A stretch of 64,000 nucleotides of DNA from an uncultured delta proteobacterium. Its GTDB lineage: Bacteria > Myxococcota_A > Polyangia > Haliangiales > Haliangiaceae. A program made the position numbers and the translations under genes. The stretch spans positions 288,001 through 352,000 of the forward strand of contig CAWKDB010000002.1 of the NCBI GenBank assembly GCA_963848295.1. The letters are read 5' to 3'. Under the pieces are notes generated by a model, which was not told where the DNA came from, made no database searches, and saw only the letters and a list, made by a program, of their open reading frames with translations. Positions 32,826-44,967 of this stretch are shown in pieces (the stretch's first letter is position 1; every line of letters begins with the position of its first letter).

Positions 32826-33526
32826 CGCTTCCTCACCGTACGAAACTCGAACGCGTTCTCGTGCTCGGGCACGTGGACGACCTTCGCGACATAGATCCCC
32901 GCGAGGTGGACGTCATCGGGATCGATCGCGCCCGGCTCGACGAGCTCGTCGCACTCGACCAGCGCGAGCTTCGCGGCGGTCGCCATCACCGGGTTGAAGT
33001 TGCGCGCGGTCCGCCAGAAGCGCAGGTTGCCGAACCGGTCGGCCTTCGCCGCGCGCACGAGCGCGACATCGCCGTGGAGCGCGCGCTCGAGGAGATAGCG
33101 CTTGCCGTCGAGCTCCTTGACCTCTTTGCCCTGCTCGACGACGGTACCGACGCCGGTCGGCGTGTAGAACGCCGGGATGCCCGCGCCCGCGGCGCGCATC
33201 CTCTCGACGAGCGTGCCCTGCGGTACGACCTCGACCTCGACTTCGCCCGAGGCCATCCGCGTGTGCAGATCTTCGTTGCCGCCGATGTAGCTGCAGATGA
33301 CCTTGCGGACGATGCCGGCGCGCAACCAGGTCGCGAGACCCTTGCCGAGGTTGCCGGCGTTGTTCGAGACCAGCGTCAGGTGCTTCACCCCGCGCTCGAC
33401 CATGCCCTTGATCAGCGCTTCGGGGTTGCCCGACAAGCCGAAGCCGCCGACGAGGATCGTCATGCCATCTTGCACGGGCGCGAGCGCCTCGGCGACCGAG
33501 CGCACGACCTTGTCGTGATGGTTCAC
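32822..33526 (-). CDS. scoA: 3-oxoacid CoA-transferase subunit A
   Basis: [48 protein letters not shown]. Confidence 0.93.
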   Translation of the reverse strand: MNHHDKVVRSVAEALAPVQDGMTILVGGFGLSGNPEALIKGMVERGVKHLTLVSNNAGNLGKGLATWLRAGIVRKVICSYIGGNEDLHTRMASGEVEVEVVPQGTLVERMRAAGAGIPAFYTPTGVGTVVEQGKEVKELDGKRYLLERALHGDVALVRAAKADRFGNLRFWRTARNFNPVMATAAKLALVECDELVEPGAIDPDDVHLAGIYVAKVVHVPEHENAFEFRTVRKR

Positions 33527-34797
33527 GCCGCGGCCCCGAACGCGCGCACCGCGGCGTCGCCGAACGATCGGATGCCGCCGACGAGCTCTTGCTCGGTGAT
33601 GCACAGCGGCGGTGCGAAGATCGCGGTCCCGCGCTTGGCGTCGACATGGAGCGAGAGCTTGCGCTGCGCGAGCTCGCCGGCGAGCACGCCCCACTCGATG
33701 CTCGGCGCCTCGATCTCGAGCGCGGCGAGCAGGCCCTGACCGCGCACGAACGTCACGGCCGTGACCCGCTGCTTGACGGCATCGAGCTCGCGGCGCAGCA
33801 CGGGCCCCAGGCGCTCGGCGTTCTCGAACAGCTTGTCGTCGCGATAGACGTTGAGGGTCTCGACCGCGGCGGCGCACGCGGTCGGATGCGCGTAGTACGT
33901 CAGTCCGCACGCGAGCACGCGCTCGTCGAAGTGCTCGGCGACGCGAGCGCTGACCAGCACCGCGCCGATCGCTTGATAGCCCGAGGCGAGGCCCTTCGCG
34001 ACCGTGATCAGATCGGGCGCCACGTTCCAGTGCTGGAACCCGAACGGCTTGCCGGTCCGGCCGAAGCCGGTGAGCACCTCGTCGGCGACGAGCAGCGCGC
34101 CTTCGCGATCGCACGCGGCACGGACGAGCGGCCAGTACTCCGGCGGCGGCACGAGCACGCCGTTCGCGCCCGGCACCGGCTCGAGGAACACCGCGGCGAT
34201 CGAGTGCGGGCCCTCGAGCTGCATCTGCGCGTCGATGTTCGTCGCGCACTCGCGCGCGCAGGTCGCGAGCTGCTTGCCGAACGGGCAGCGATCGCAGTAG
34301 CAGTCGGCGACATGGACGACGCCCGGGATGCCCGGCTCCATCGCCGCGCGCCGCCAGTCGCCGGTCAGCGACAACGCCCCCATCGACGCGCCGTGATAAC
34401 TGCGATAGCGCGCGATGTTCTTGAGCCGGCCGGTGACCGCGCGCGCGATCTTGAGCGCGTTCTCGTTCGCCTCGGCGCCGCCGAGCGTGAAGAACACCTT
34501 GCCGCGCGCGAAACCGGGGCCGGCCATCGCGAGCAGGCGTTCGGCGAGCTCGACCTTCGCCGGGAACACCGCGTTCGGAGCGGCGAGGCACAGCTCGTCG
34601 GCCTGGCGCTTGATCGCTTCGACGATGCGCTTACAGCCGTGGCCGGCGTTCACCTGGTAGCTGAGCGCGCCGAGATCGAGCCAGCGCTCGCCGCCTTTCG
34701 TCGTGAAGTGCGCGCCGTGACCGCCGGTGAGCTCGAGCGGCTTCGCGCCGTGCTGCGCCGACCACGTGAAGAAGAACGGATAGTCGCGGGTCGTCAT
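33523..34797 (-). CDS. Class III (omega-amino acid) PLP aminotransferase
   Basis: [32 protein letters not shown] (PLP Lys). Confidence 0.93.
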   Translation of the reverse strand: MTTRDYPFFFTWSAQHGAKPLELTGGHGAHFTTKGGERWLDLGALSYQVNAGHGCKRIVEAIKRQADELCLAAPNAVFPAKVELAERLLAMAGPGFARGKVFFTLGGAEANENALKIARAVTGRLKNIARYRSYHGASMGALSLTGDWRRAAMEPGIPGVVHVADCYCDRCPFGKQLATCARECATNIDAQMQLEGPHSIAAVFLEPVPGANGVLVPPPEYWPLVRAACDREGALLVADEVLTGFGRTGKPFGFQHWNVAPDLITVAKGLASGYQAIGAVLVSARVAEHFDERVLACGLTYYAHPTACAAAVETLNVYRDDKLFENAERLGPVLRRELDAVKQRVTAVTFVRGQGLLAALEIEAPSIEWGVLAGELAQRKLSLHVDAKRGTAIFAPPLCITEQELVGGIRSFGDAAVRAFGAAA

Positions 34798-34800
34798 GAG

Positions 34801-35922
34801 TCAGAGCTTCCAGCGCACGGGCGAGACGTTGTGGATGAACCCCTGCTGCGCCCACAGCTCGCCCGAGGTCAAGTTCATCGCGATCGCGCCGCAGGTCGCC
34901 GCGCCGTGCGGGTCCTCCGGCGTCGACATGTTCGTGTTGATGCTGCGCGGCCAGCCGTCTTCGGAGCCGAGCCGGCGCCACGCATCGGCGAGATCCGCGA
35001 TCGGCGCGCGCGCGAGGTCGACCTCGAGCCAGTGCATGCGATCGTGCGTCGTGCTCGCGGGCGGGACCTTCGAGCGTGCGGCGACCTCGCGATCGAAGCA
35101 GTGGTTCGTGTGGCAATAGACCTTGAGGTCGCCGTTGAACACCTGCTTGCGCCGCGTTCCCGACGCCTCGATCGCGAACGCCGCGTTGCGGCCGCCGACG
35201 AAGTAGTGATGGCCCGAGCCGATCGGCGCGTGGGCGATCTCGTCGCGCGCTCCGGTCACCGTACGTTCGGCGAGCGCGCGGCGCACGACCGCGGGCCACA
35301 CCACGCCGAGCGTCGCGTCGGTCGAGTACAGGTTGTTGATCGCGATCGCCACGCGCGCGGCATTCATCCCGGCCATCCCGAGGCAGCCGGTCACGGTGAG
35401 CAGGCGCATCGCCGGCGCCTTCGCGGTCTCCGGCACGCCGAGCGTCATGACGTACGGGATCGCGGTCGCGTGCATGTCCCAGGTCTGCGCGAGGATGCGT
35501 CCGCTCGGCGTCTCGGCCCAGATGACACTGCATCCGTCGCCGCCAAGGGAATCCGAGCCCGAGCCCGAGCCCGAGCCCGATGCGTCGTCGTGCGTCTTCG
35601 CCCGCTTCCACTTCTTCTGATCCGGATCCAGATCCCGCAGATCGGTGTAGTGATTCGCGACGACGATCTCTTCGGGCGTCACCGCCGCACCCTCCGCGAT
35701 CCCGCACAGCTCGGCGTGCAAGTCGCGGTCGTAGCTCTCCAGCACCGGCAGGTGCGCCTTCGCCGCCGACAGCACCGCGGCAGCGTCTCCGAACCCGCCG
35801 ACCTTCGTGCACAGGTACACGCGGATCGCGGCGAGCGCCTTGATCTCGCCGCGGAAGCTCTCGCCGTGCAGCTGGCCCCACTCGCGTGGTGACTTGCCGG
35901 CTGGAAGATCGAGCGTCCTCAA
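34801..35922 (-). CDS. C45-family Ntn hydrolase / acyltransferase (isopenicillin-N acyltransferase-like)
   Basis: G.LHGE N-terminus, autocleavage site DG-CS, AQTWD, GMN, HTNH; TTG start overlapping the upstream stop. Confidence 0.85.
   Translation of the reverse strand: MRTLDLPAGKSPREWGQLHGESFRGEIKALAAIRVYLCTKVGGFGDAAAVLSAAKAHLPVLESYDRDLHAELCGIAEGAAVTPEEIVVANHYTDLRDLDPDQKKWKRAKTHDDASGSGSGSGSDSLGGDGCSVIWAETPSGRILAQTWDMHATAIPYVMTLGVPETAKAPAMRLLTVTGCLGMAGMNAARVAIAINNLYSTDATLGVVWPAVVRRALAERTVTGARDEIAHAPIGSGHHYFVGGRNAAFAIEASGTRRKQVFNGDLKVYCHTNHCFDREVAARSKVPPASTTHDRMHWLEVDLARAPIADLADAWRRLGSEDGWPRSINTNMSTPEDPHGAATCGAIAMNLTSGELWAQQGFIHNVSPVRWKL
35553..35580 (-). repeat. (CCGAGC)n hexamer tract encoding a GSGSGS linker just before the C45 catalytic Cys
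   Basis: About 4.7 units, read directly. Confidence 0.85.
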
Positions 35923-38900
35923 CGTGCGCCGCCTGCGCCGCCGATCGCCTCCGCGGCCTCGGCGATCCGATCGAGCGCGGGAATCACGCCGAGCTTGCCC
36001 GCGGGGAACCGCCGCACCGCGATGCCGCGATCGCCGAGCGCATCCGCGACTTCGTCGGCGCGGTCGCCGGCATCGATCACGCGATACGCGCCGAGCCCGG
36101 CGAACGGCACGCCGAGCCCGGTCAACGCGCGATCGAGCGCCGCGGCGCCGCCCGCGATGTCGAGCCGCCGCGCCGCTCGCGCGTGATGATGCTGCCGGAC
36201 GAGCGACAGCTCGTCGCCATCCCACGTCGACACGAGCGTCAGCGGACCCGGGACGTACCACTTCGCCGAGGTGTGCAGGTAGCCGGTCTGCGCCCCGCCC
36301 CACCACGTCAGCACGTCGGGGACGAGGCCCACGGCGCTCGACAAGAACGGGCCCTTGCCGGAGCGATACGTGTGGGTCGTGGTCTCGACCGCGATCAGCG
36401 GCAGCTCGAGCTCGGTGCGCAGCGCGCCGAGCTCGGCGATGAAGTCGGCGGGTAGCACGTGCCCGGTGCGCTCTTGCACGAGCTCGTACACGAAGCCGAG
36501 CACCCCCGCCGGGCCGCCCGCCTTGCCGACCGCGACGCGCAGCGCTGCGATCGTCGCTTGCGTGCCTGCGATCGCCGGATGCGGCACGCGCGGCCACGCG
36601 AAGTGACCCGGACCACCGCGATGCACCGCCGGATCCGAAAGCGATCGCGTGCTGCCGACGGTGTGCCCGTAGTAGCCACCGTCGAGCCCGATCGCGACGG
36701 CCGCGGTCTTGCGCGTACTGCGGACGAGCCGGAGCGCCTTGTCGATGCTCTCGTCGCGGCTCGACGTCAGGTACATGTGCGGCAGCTCGGGCACGAGCGC
36801 CGACAGCCACTCGATCGCGCGCACCGCGGCGGGTGTCGTGTAGTTCATCAGCGTGAGCTTGTTGACCGCCGGCCCATACAGCGAGCCATCGCGCTCGAGG
36901 CTGCGCAGGCTCGCCGGTCCGTCGGCGAACGGCTTGGTCAGCCCTTGCGCGAGATCGATCGCCGCCGCCGGCTCGCTGCGAGCGACGCGCCGCTTGCGGA
37001 CGTCCTCGGCGACCGCGAGATCCGGTGCGAGTGGTCCGAGCGGAATCCGGTAGTAGATGGCCTGACCCTCCGGGTCCTCGTACTGGCCGGTCAGGATCGA
37101 AACCACGTGCGCGCCGAACACGCGGTTGAGGTGCGTCATCTCCGCGGTGCGGCCGACGCGATTGCGCCCGCTGACGTAGCCATAGCGCGGCGAGCCATCG
37201 GGCCGCTTCGCCGCGGCCGCGTCACGCAACTGGTGCTCCTTGAGCTTGCGGCCGATGCCCGATCCCTGGTGGCTCGGCGCGACCGTGATCGACACCGAGT
37301 ACATCGTGTTGTGCTTGCCGAGCATCGGATCGTCGTCGCATCCTTCGACATCGTCGCTCTGCTCGAGCGGGCCGCCGATCGCGAACGCGACGAGCTGCGG
37401 GGTGCCGGACGGCCCGGGCGCCTCCGCGATCACGAGCGAGCCATCGACCCCTTCGATCGCCGCGCGGATCTCGGCCGGCGGCGTGCGGCGCGCCGGCTCG
37501 TAGACCTGGTACTCGATGTCGAGGATCGCCGGTAAAAAGCTCATCGCCTCCGAGTGCGGGACGCGGCGATACGTGACGTTCGGCGGCGGCGCCGGCGCGG
37601 CGCCGGGCGCCGGCGGGTTCTCCCAGGACGGCGGCTTCTGACCTTCGTGCGCGTCGAGCCACGACAGCGACCGGCGGATCGTCTCGAACAACAGCTCGAT
37701 CTCGCGCGCGAGATACGAATCGCTCAGCCGATAGCGCGCGGTCCGCGAGCCGGCCGCAAACACGACCGCGCCGCGCCAGAACCTTTGGCCGATGAACGCA
37801 TCGAGTTGCGCCGGGGTGGGCAGATCGAACGCGAACGCATAGCCGGCGCCGCGCGGATGCTGGACGAGATGCGGATACGCTCGCGCGAGCTGCGCGAGCC
37901 GCGGCGCGACGAGCTTCTCGAGCCGCTCGGCGTTGTGCCCGGTCGACACCATGTCGGCGTGGATCCGGCCGCGCACCAGCGACGCGGCATGAACACTCGC
38001 CGGCTCCGGATCGGCGAACCGCGACATCACGACGCCGACCTGCGCGCGCTTCGCGAACGTCACCGCGTCGGGATAGTCTTGCTGGCCGCGCGCGGAGAGC
38101 AGCCGGAACTTCGAGTGCCACGCGAACGGCCCGCCGAGCCCGAAGCCGACCTGGACCTCGTCGAACAACAGCGAGGTCTTGTGGTAGCGCGTGAGCAGGC
38201 GCAGCGCGCGAAAGAACCGCTCGGTCGCGTAGCGATCGCCGCCTTCGGATTGCATCGGCTCGACGATCGTCGCGAAGTAGGCGCCGGTCGCGAGCGCGGC
38301 ATCGACCGCGGCGAGCGAGGCGACCTCGGCGGCGAGCAACGCGTCGTCCTTCGCGTCGCCGAATCGCTCGCGGAGATCGGCGATGTCGCCGGTGGCGGCG
38401 GCGGCGTAGTAACCGCTCGGCGCGGACGGCTCGTCGTCAGACGGCGTGTTCCACACCGGGAACGGCGCGAACGTCGCCTCGTAGCCCTCGAGCTCGAACG
38501 CGGCGCGCTTGCTCGGCGAGTGGGTCGCGTGCACCGCGAGCAGCGTGCGGCCGTGGAAGCTGCCGTCGAACGCGAGCATCTTCGTCGCATCCGGCCGTTC
38601 GCAGTTGATCCGGGCGAGCGCGAGCGCCTTCTCGTTGGCCTCGGCGCCGGACGCGACGAACGTGACGTGCGGCAAGCCCGGCACGAGCTGGCGCAGCGCG
38701 TTCGCGTAGTCGATCTCGGCCCAGGTCTCGCCCGCGGCGGTATCGGGGTTCGCGACGAGCGTGTCGCCGAACTCGCCCTCGGTGAACGCGCGCACGACCG
38801 GATCCTCGGCGAAGCCACCGACCACCGTCGCGGTCTGGCTCATCCCGTCGAGCACCGCGAGCGGCTCGCGATCGATCGACACCATCCACGGTCCGGCCGA

Positions 38901-40571
38901 GCGCAGGTGATCGAACACCGGCGGCTTCTTCTCTTTCGGCACGCGATCGCCGGCATAGAGCCGCGCGAGGTACGCCTCGGACTCCGGCAGCTTGCCGCCG
39001 GCCGGGCGATGCAGCGCCATCGGTCGCGGCAGCTCGACGAGCATGCGCGCCGCGTCGGCCGCTTCTTCGCCCGCGTGCTGCGCCTCAAGCCGATCGAGAT
39101 CGACGGGCGGCAGCAACGCGGCGAGCTGCGGGTGCGGCGTCACCGCGCCGAGCACGTTCTCGAGCACCGCGACCGGCGCGACGACGTTGCGATGGGCCCA
39201 CGCCCCTGCCGGGCGATGGTTGCCGCTCTTGCCGAGGCCGCCGAACGGCAGCCGCGGGCTCGCGAGGTTCGTCGAGCGGTTGCGATTCAAGATGCCGCTG
39301 TTCGTCCGCGCGAAGAACTGCTCGAACCGAGGCGTCGACGCGGTGAACACCGCGTTCGCGAACCCGTACGGCGACGCATCGATCACCGCGATCGCTTCGT
39401 CGTCGGTGTCGAACACCTCGACGCACAGATCCGGGCCGAACACCTCGACATCGGTGTAGCCGGCGACGTGGTGGACGCCATCGGGCATGCGATGCAACGA
39501 CGGCGAGTGGTAATAGCCGCCCGGCAACTTGCTGCCGGCGACGATCGCATCGGCGCCCGCCTTCTTCGCGATCTCGAGTGCCGCTTGCAGCTTGTGCAGC
39601 GCGCCGATCGTCGCGACCGGGCCGGCGAACACCGACGGATCCTCGGGATCGCCGAACTTCAAGCCGCGCACGACCTTCGCCAGCGCATCGATGAACCGAT
39701 CGGCGATCTTGCGATGCACGAGCACGCGATCGGTGCCGGTGCAGCGCTGGCCCGCGGACAAGTAGCCGCCGACCGCGACCTCGTGCACCGCCTGGCGCAG
39801 CGCGCAGTCGTCGAGCACGACGCACATGTTCTTGCCGCCCATCTCGAGCGCGACCAGCAGCTCGGGGCGATCGAGCGAGGCTTCGAGGATGCGGCGGCCG
39901 ACCGGCCAGCTGCCGGTGAAGCACAACCCGCGGAGCAGCGGATGAGCGACCATCGCCGCGCCGACCTCGCCCGCGCCGACGACGACGTTGAGCACGCCGG
40001 GCGGCAGCTTCGCGGCGAGCGCCGCCTCAGCGTAGCGCTGGCCGCACAGCGGCGAGATGTCCGACGGCTTCATCACGACCGTGTTCCCGGCGTAGAGCGC
40101 GGGGATCACGTGCGCGTGACACAGGTGGAGCGGGAAGTTGAACGGCCCGATCACGCCGACGACGCCGAGCGCCTGGTAGCGCAACACCTCGCCGGGCGCG
40201 ACCGGACCTGGCTTCAAGTCGCTCGCGATCGCCGCCTTGACCAGGTCGAACCGGTTGAGCAGCGTCTGGATCTCGGTCTTGGCTTCCGCGCGGATCTTGC
40301 CGGTCTCGAGCACGATCGCATCCGCGAGCTCGGTCGCGCGACTCGCGATCGCGGCTTTGAATCGCTCGAGGTGAGCGAACCGTTCGGCGCTGGACAGCGC
40401 GGCCCATGCCGGTTGCGCCGCCGCGGCCGCCGCCGCCGCATCGCTCACCGCGGAGACCGTGTAGCCGGTCTCGAACACCACCGCGCCATCGGCCGCGGGG
40501 TTCTTCGACACGAGCGCGGTTCCAGAGGGCGGGACGAACCCCCCACCGATGAAGTTGCCCTTGGCCTGCAC
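35919..40571 (-). CDS. Four-domain fusion: aldehyde dehydrogenase + class III aminotransferase + GNAT + degenerate aminotransferase
   Basis: ALDH GPFNFP/FTGS/LEMGGKN/GQRCT/EVFGP; aminotransferase [48 protein letters not shown]; single uninterrupted ORF. Confidence 0.9.
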   Translation of the reverse strand: MQAKGNFIGGGFVPPSGTALVSKNPAADGAVVFETGYTVSAVSDAAAAAAAAQPAWAALSSAERFAHLERFKAAIASRATELADAIVLETGKIRAEAKTEIQTLLNRFDLVKAAIASDLKPGPVAPGEVLRYQALGVVGVIGPFNFPLHLCHAHVIPALYAGNTVVMKPSDISPLCGQRYAEAALAAKLPPGVLNVVVGAGEVGAAMVAHPLLRGLCFTGSWPVGRRILEASLDRPELLVALEMGGKNMCVVLDDCALRQAVHEVAVGGYLSAGQRCTGTDRVLVHRKIADRFIDALAKVVRGLKFGDPEDPSVFAGPVATIGALHKLQAALEIAKKAGADAIVAGSKLPGGYYHSPSLHRMPDGVHHVAGYTDVEVFGPDLCVEVFDTDDEAIAVIDASPYGFANAVFTASTPRFEQFFARTNSGILNRNRSTNLASPRLPFGGLGKSGNHRPAGAWAHRNVVAPVAVLENVLGAVTPHPQLAALLPPVDLDRLEAQHAGEEAADAARMLVELPRPMALHRPAGGKLPESEAYLARLYAGDRVPKEKKPPVFDHLRSAGPWMVSIDREPLAVLDGMSQTATVVGGFAEDPVVRAFTEGEFGDTLVANPDTAAGETWAEIDYANALRQLVPGLPHVTFVASGAEANEKALALARINCERPDATKMLAFDGSFHGRTLLAVHATHSPSKRAAFELEGYEATFAPFPVWNTPSDDEPSAPSGYYAAAATGDIADLRERFGDAKDDALLAAEVASLAAVDAALATGAYFATIVEPMQSEGGDRYATERFFRALRLLTRYHKTSLLFDEVQVGFGLGGPFAWHSKFRLLSARGQQDYPDAVTFAKRAQVGVVMSRFADPEPASVHAASLVRGRIHADMVSTGHNAERLEKLVAPRLAQLARAYPHLVQHPRGAGYAFAFDLPTPAQLDAFIGQRFWRGAVVFAAGSRTARYRLSDSYLAREIELLFETIRRSLSWLDAHEGQKPPSWENPPAPGAAPAPPPNVTYRRVPHSEAMSFLPAILDIEYQVYEPARRTPPAEIRAAIEGVDGSLVIAEAPGPSGTPQLVAFAIGGPLEQSDDVEGCDDDPMLGKHNTMYSVSITVAPSHQGSGIGRKLKEHQLRDAAAAKRPDGSPRYGYVSGRNRVGRTAEMTHLNRVFGAHVVSILTGQYEDPEGQAIYYRIPLGPLAPDLAVAEDVRKRRVARSEPAAAIDLAQGLTKPFADGPASLRSLERDGSLYGPAVNKLTLMNYTTPAAVRAIEWLSALVPELPHMYLTSSRDESIDKALRLVRSTRKTAAVAIGLDGGYYGHTVGSTRSLSDPAVHRGGPGHFAWPRVPHPAIAGTQATIAALRVAVGKAGGPAGVLGFVYELVQERTGHVLPADFIAELGALRTELELPLIAVETTTHTYRSGKGPFLSSAVGLVPDVLTWWGGAQTGYLHTSAKWYVPGPLTLVSTWDGDELSLVRQHHHARAARRLDIAGGAAALDRALTGLGVPFAGLGAYRVIDAGDRADEVADALGDRGIAVRRFPAGKLGVIPALDRIAEAAEAIGGAGGAR

Positions 40572-40735
40572 GCGGCTACTAGACCACAAAAGCAAGAGAA
40601 CTCAACGATATCAGCAGCCTCGGCGCCTACTAATTCCCACGCGCACCGATTCCCGAACGAGGTTGCTGAGTTGCGTTGGGAACTGCCGGTCGGACGTCAG
40701 ATCGCCATGGTGTGATCGACGCAAGATGCTCTGCC

Positions 40736-41059
40736 ATGAACGACGACAACCTCGATGAGTTGATCGAAAACCTGCTCGCCCGTACGCCCAGTTACGAAGT
40801 CCGGATCGACAAGAAAATCGATCCTGGCGTCGCGACCGGAGACGCTCACGAGGCCGCAAGCGCGGTCGCGCAAGCGCGGCTCGAAAGCCTGAGCCGCGGC
40901 GATCGCGTCGTGCACGTGATCACGAATGGGCGCGAAACCTTCAGCGACACGGTCAATCGTTCGCAGGTCAACGCACTCATCGCCTCGGGTGCGATCCATG
41001 ACGAAGCAAGCGCGCTCGCGGCGTTCGCGGAGGCGGACGCGCCGGCCGCTCGCGGCTAG
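40736..41059 (+). CDS. Small hypothetical protein
   Basis: MNDDNLDELIENLL...; acidic, protein-like composition. Confidence 0.5.
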   Translation: MNDDNLDELIENLLARTPSYEVRIDKKIDPGVATGDAHEAASAVAQARLESLSRGDRVVHVITNGRETFSDTVNRSQVNALIASGAIHDEASALAAFAEADAPAARG

Positions 41060-41075
41060 GCCTTCACCGTTTCGT

Positions 41076-41621
41076 TCACTGGTCCGCCGGTTTCGCGTCC
41101 TCAGCCGGCCTTGGCACCGTTGGGGCTTTCACAAGGTGAATACCCCGGCCCGTGATCGTGGCGCACACGCGATCGGGACCTTTGCCCTCGGTGACGACGT
41201 GCGTAAGCAGGATCGTATCCACCGTGCTTGGAAGACCGCCGTCCGCCGCGGTGGGAAGACCGCTGAGGTCGAGTCGAGAAATCGCGTCGGTCGCGGCCGC
41301 GGCTATTGCTTGGCGCGTAAGCTCGTCCGCCGATAGTTTCGCGAGGTCAGTCATACCCACCCAGTAGGTGGTTGGTGTCAGGCGATTGACGCACGCCTTC
41401 CCGACGCCTGAGTCGAGAAGCTCGAAGTCAAGAGCGCCAACCATCGCGGGCTGATTGCCGGGCTGCATGCTGACGAGCAAACTCGACCCGTCGATCGCCG
41501 CTCGCTCAGGCGCTGCGCAGCCGACGAACGCCAGACAGACAACGGTCCCCTTCACCGTCCGAGCTTCACCCTCGTTGGCACCTAAGGCAACAGCTGGCGC
41601 ACGCAGCTTGACCGCGGTCAT
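41076..41621 (-). CDS. Putative lipoprotein (start uncertain)
   Basis: Lipobox-like LAFVGC; lower GC3 than neighbours. Confidence 0.55.
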   Translation of the reverse strand: MTAVKLRAPAVALGANEGEARTVKGTVVCLAFVGCAAPERAAIDGSSLLVSMQPGNQPAMVGALDFELLDSGVGKACVNRLTPTTYWVGMTDLAKLSADELTRQAIAAAATDAISRLDLSGLPTAADGGLPSTVDTILLTHVVTEGKGPDRVCATITGRGIHLVKAPTVPRPAEDAKPADQ

Positions 41622-41919
41622 GGCGGGCGCGACGCTTGGCGCCTACGCGCCCGACGGGTATCGCGATAGGGATGTTGACGAGTACAACATTCGAATGGCC
41701 CTTCGTGCCCTGCTCGAAGGTAACGCTGGTGCGTTCCTCCCACTGTCAGGGAGTTCCGTGGGCTCGCGGTCGAGCCTGTCAGGAACGTCCGTGGATCAAG
41801 ACGTAAGGGACGTATCAGGTCTGGACCCATGGTGTGCGAGGACGCGCCCGTTGCAGCCAATCATGAACTTACGTATATCTGCTGAATCAATTGAATCGTC
41901 GGTTGCTACGTTCCGAGGC

Positions 41920-42669
41920 GTGAGGTCGTCTTCGCGTAATCGCCAGCTCGAGCTTCCGCGGCTCGATAAGAACCAGCAGCGTCGCGGCGGGAAGCGACGA
42001 GGCGCCGGCCACAAGCCGAAGGGCTTCCGCGCCGGCGTCACGCACGCGAAGCGCGCCGAGCTCGATCCAAGCAAGCCCCTCCACATCACGCTGCGCGTGG
42101 TCGCGGCGGTCGCCGCCTTGCGGTCGGAGAAGGCCTATCGTGCGATTCGCCGCGCGCTGGTCGTCACAGCGTTCAACCAACTCGGGCTGCGGATCTGCCA
42201 CTTCAGCGTCCAGCGGAACCACGTCCACTTGATCTGCGAGGCCGACAACAACGCCGGGCTCACGCGCGGCATGCAGAGCTTCAAGATCTCTACGGCAAAG
42301 CAGCTCAATCGCGAGCTGCGGCGTCGTGGCACCGTGTTCGCCGACCGCTACCATGTCGAGATCCTCGCCACCCCGACGCAAGCGAGCCACGCGATCAGCT
42401 ACGTGCTCAACAACTGGCGCAAGCACGGCGAGCACCGCAACACCGCCGGGCTCTACCGCGGCCGCATCGATCCGTTTTCGAGCGGCGCACAGTTCTACGG
42501 CTGGTCCATGCCGCGCTGGCGCACCAGCCTCTATCCAAGAGGGTACGAACGTGCCGCGATCGCGGCGCCCCTCACATGGCTGCTTGGGGTCGGCTACTTG
42601 CGCGGCAGGCCGATCAGCGTCTTCTCGGTGCCCTCCACGCGAGCCACGCGATTGGTGTCGAAGAGTTGA
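41920..42669 (+). mobile_element. Y1 HUH transposase, IS200/REP-associated tyrosine transposase (RAYT)-like
   Basis: LHITLR, HUH motif NHVHL, FADRYH, catalytic helix SYVLNN; no TnpB downstream. Confidence 0.85.
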
Positions 42670-42843
42670 GACGAACCATGAGCGCGGAGTAGCTCCGTTT
42701 GGTCCTCGGCTCGGACGATGCCGCCCCCAAGCAGTCGGCTTGCACAGTGGTCCAGTAGCGCACGCGCTCGCAAAGCCGGTCCGAGGCATTTGGGGACGCG
42801 CCGCGGCGAGAGTGCAAAAAACTGTGGTAACAAGCGAGCCTAG

Positions 42844-44688
42844 ATGGCCTCGCTGGTGTTCCTTGCAGGTCCGATCGCCGGCCGGCGGTACAGACTCGGC
42901 GAAGGCGAGTACGTGATCGGACGGCGCTCCGACTGCCAGATCTTCGTACCGGACATGCGGGTGTCGCGCCAGCACGCGCGGCTGTGGCGCGACGGCGAGG
43001 GCTGGACGCTCGAGGACCTCGGCTCGAATAACGGCACGTTCATCAACGGCCAGAAGCTGAAGAAGGCGACCGCGATCCGCAACGACGACGAGATCACGAT
43101 CGCGAACAACAAGATCCGGGTCGAGTCGCAGGACTCGTCGGCTGAAGGCCGGTTCCCCGAGGGCAACGTCACGATCGTCGACGTCACCGGGCAATCGCTG
43201 ATCCGGTCGCGCGAGGAGTCCGGCCTGGTCAAGCTGCCGATGGTGTCCTCGGGCTTGCAGAGCCTCGCCGATCAGAAAGCGGTGCGGTTGATCGAGCGCA
43301 AGCTCGATGCGCTGACCCAGATCTTGTCGGCGACCGCGGCGTCTGGTTCCGCGGAGGAGCTGCTGACCAAGCTGGTCGACGCGCTGCTCGAGCTCTATCC
43401 GCAGGCCGACGATGTCGGCGTGCTCGTCGAGGACGAGCGCACCGGCGAGCTTCGGGTTCAAGTCCAGCGCCACCGCCGCGCCCAGACCGGGCCCGACTCC
43501 GGCGGCGACGTCTCGCCGTACGGCGGCGACTTGCGCGTACCGGGCACGATCATCCAACACGTGGTCAGCGATGGCCGCGGCGTGCTGCTCGGCGAAAACG
43601 CCGACGACGAAGAGCCGATCGGCACGCGCATGGGCGCACCGATCATCTACGGCGGCGCGCACTACGGCGTGGTCTACGTCGAGAGCATGACCCAGTCGTT
43701 CCGACAGGAAGACGTCGATCTGCTCCAGACCATCGCGAACCAAGCCGGGTTGGCGATCCATGCCACGCGCGTCGCGGTGCAGCTCGCCCGGCGAGAGCAG
43801 CTCGATCGCGATCTGCGCGTCGCTCGCCAGATCCAGCGCAGCTTGTTGCCGGCGAACGTGCCGCAGGTCGTGGGCCTCGACTTCGCGGTCCACTACGAGC
43901 CCGCGTATCAGATCGGCGGCGACTTCTACGACTTCATCTGGCACGACCCGTCGCACTTGGGTCTCGCGGTCGGCGATGTCGCCGGCAAAGCGATCAGCGC
44001 GGCGCTGTACATGGCGCGGTTGACCTCGGAGCTGCGGTCGCGCGCCGCGATCGCGCGGACGCCCGCGCGACTGCTCCGTCGCGTCAACAGCGAGATCGCG
44101 TCGCTCGGCGACGACGGCATGTTCGCGACGCTCGTCTACCTGATCTACGACCTCGAGAACCGCAGCCTCGTGTTCACGAACGCCGGCCACTGCGTGCCGC
44201 TGTTGCGCCGCGGCGACCGCGTGTTCCCGCTCCAAGCCGAGCGCGCGAGCACCCCGCCGCTCGGGGTGACCGCCGAGCTCGAAGCGGGTGAAGCGCGCGT
44301 CCAGCTCCACTCCGGCGACATGCTGATCATCGTGTCGGATGGCATCATCGAAGCGCGCGATATTCACGGCAAAGAGTACGGGCTGACGCGGCTCTCGCGG
44401 CGGATCCGGACCGCGCGCGGCGCGACCGAAGACGTCATCAAGGCGATCCTGGCGGACATCGACTCGCACTGCGGCGATCAAGCCCAAGGCGACGACATGA
44501 CGATCGTCGCGATGGCGATCGACCAGCGCCGCGCCAAGCGCAAGACCACGACCCTGCCCGGCGTCGTCCCGGCCGAGACCTCCCGACCCGCGCGGCTGTC
44601 GACCGAAGGCGGCACGCCGAACGACACCTCGCGGATGGGCCACGAAGGAATTCACGGGGTTCCACCCGGCCCCGACGAACAAGACTGA
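42844..44688 (+). CDS. FHA - GAF - SpoIIE/PP2C phosphatase signalling protein
   Basis: IGR, VSRQHA, DLGSNNGTFING (FHA); GGDFYD, GDVAGK, NAGH, SDG, GDDMT (PP2C). Confidence 0.93.
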   Translation: MASLVFLAGPIAGRRYRLGEGEYVIGRRSDCQIFVPDMRVSRQHARLWRDGEGWTLEDLGSNNGTFINGQKLKKATAIRNDDEITIANNKIRVESQDSSAEGRFPEGNVTIVDVTGQSLIRSREESGLVKLPMVSSGLQSLADQKAVRLIERKLDALTQILSATAASGSAEELLTKLVDALLELYPQADDVGVLVEDERTGELRVQVQRHRRAQTGPDSGGDVSPYGGDLRVPGTIIQHVVSDGRGVLLGENADDEEPIGTRMGAPIIYGGAHYGVVYVESMTQSFRQEDVDLLQTIANQAGLAIHATRVAVQLARREQLDRDLRVARQIQRSLLPANVPQVVGLDFAVHYEPAYQIGGDFYDFIWHDPSHLGLAVGDVAGKAISAALYMARLTSELRSRAAIARTPARLLRRVNSEIASLGDDGMFATLVYLIYDLENRSLVFTNAGHCVPLLRRGDRVFPLQAERASTPPLGVTAELEAGEARVQLHSGDMLIIVSDGIIEARDIHGKEYGLTRLSRRIRTARGATEDVIKAILADIDSHCGDQAQGDDMTIVAMAIDQRRAKRKTTTLPGVVPAETSRPARLSTEGGTPNDTSRMGHEGIHGVPPGPDEQD

Positions 44689-44784
44689 GCGCCCGTCGCG
44701 GCAAAGTCTCGGCTTTCGGAGGGAGACAACGCTTGCCAAGCCCGCGAGCGCCGTGGCATACAACGCGTCCCCGGAGCTACTGCC

Positions 44785-44958
44785 ATGGCGAAAAAAGGGA
44801 AATCGGGCCGCGAGCTCATCCGTCTGGTGTCGACCGCCGATACCGGCTTCTTCTACACCACGTCGAAGAACCGCAAGCGGACGCCCGACAAGCTCGTGCT
44901 CAAGAAGTACGACCCGGTCGTGCGTCGGCACGTCGAGTTCAAAGAGTCGAAGATCTAG
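44785..44958 (+). CDS. rpmG: 50S ribosomal protein L33 (Cys-free form; below the ORF-track length cutoff)
   Basis: [57 protein letters not shown]. Confidence 0.97.
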   Translation: MAKKGKSGRELIRLVSTADTGFFYTTSKNRKRTPDKLVLKKYDPVVRRHVEFKESKI

Positions 44959-44967
44959 GAGCTGGCG

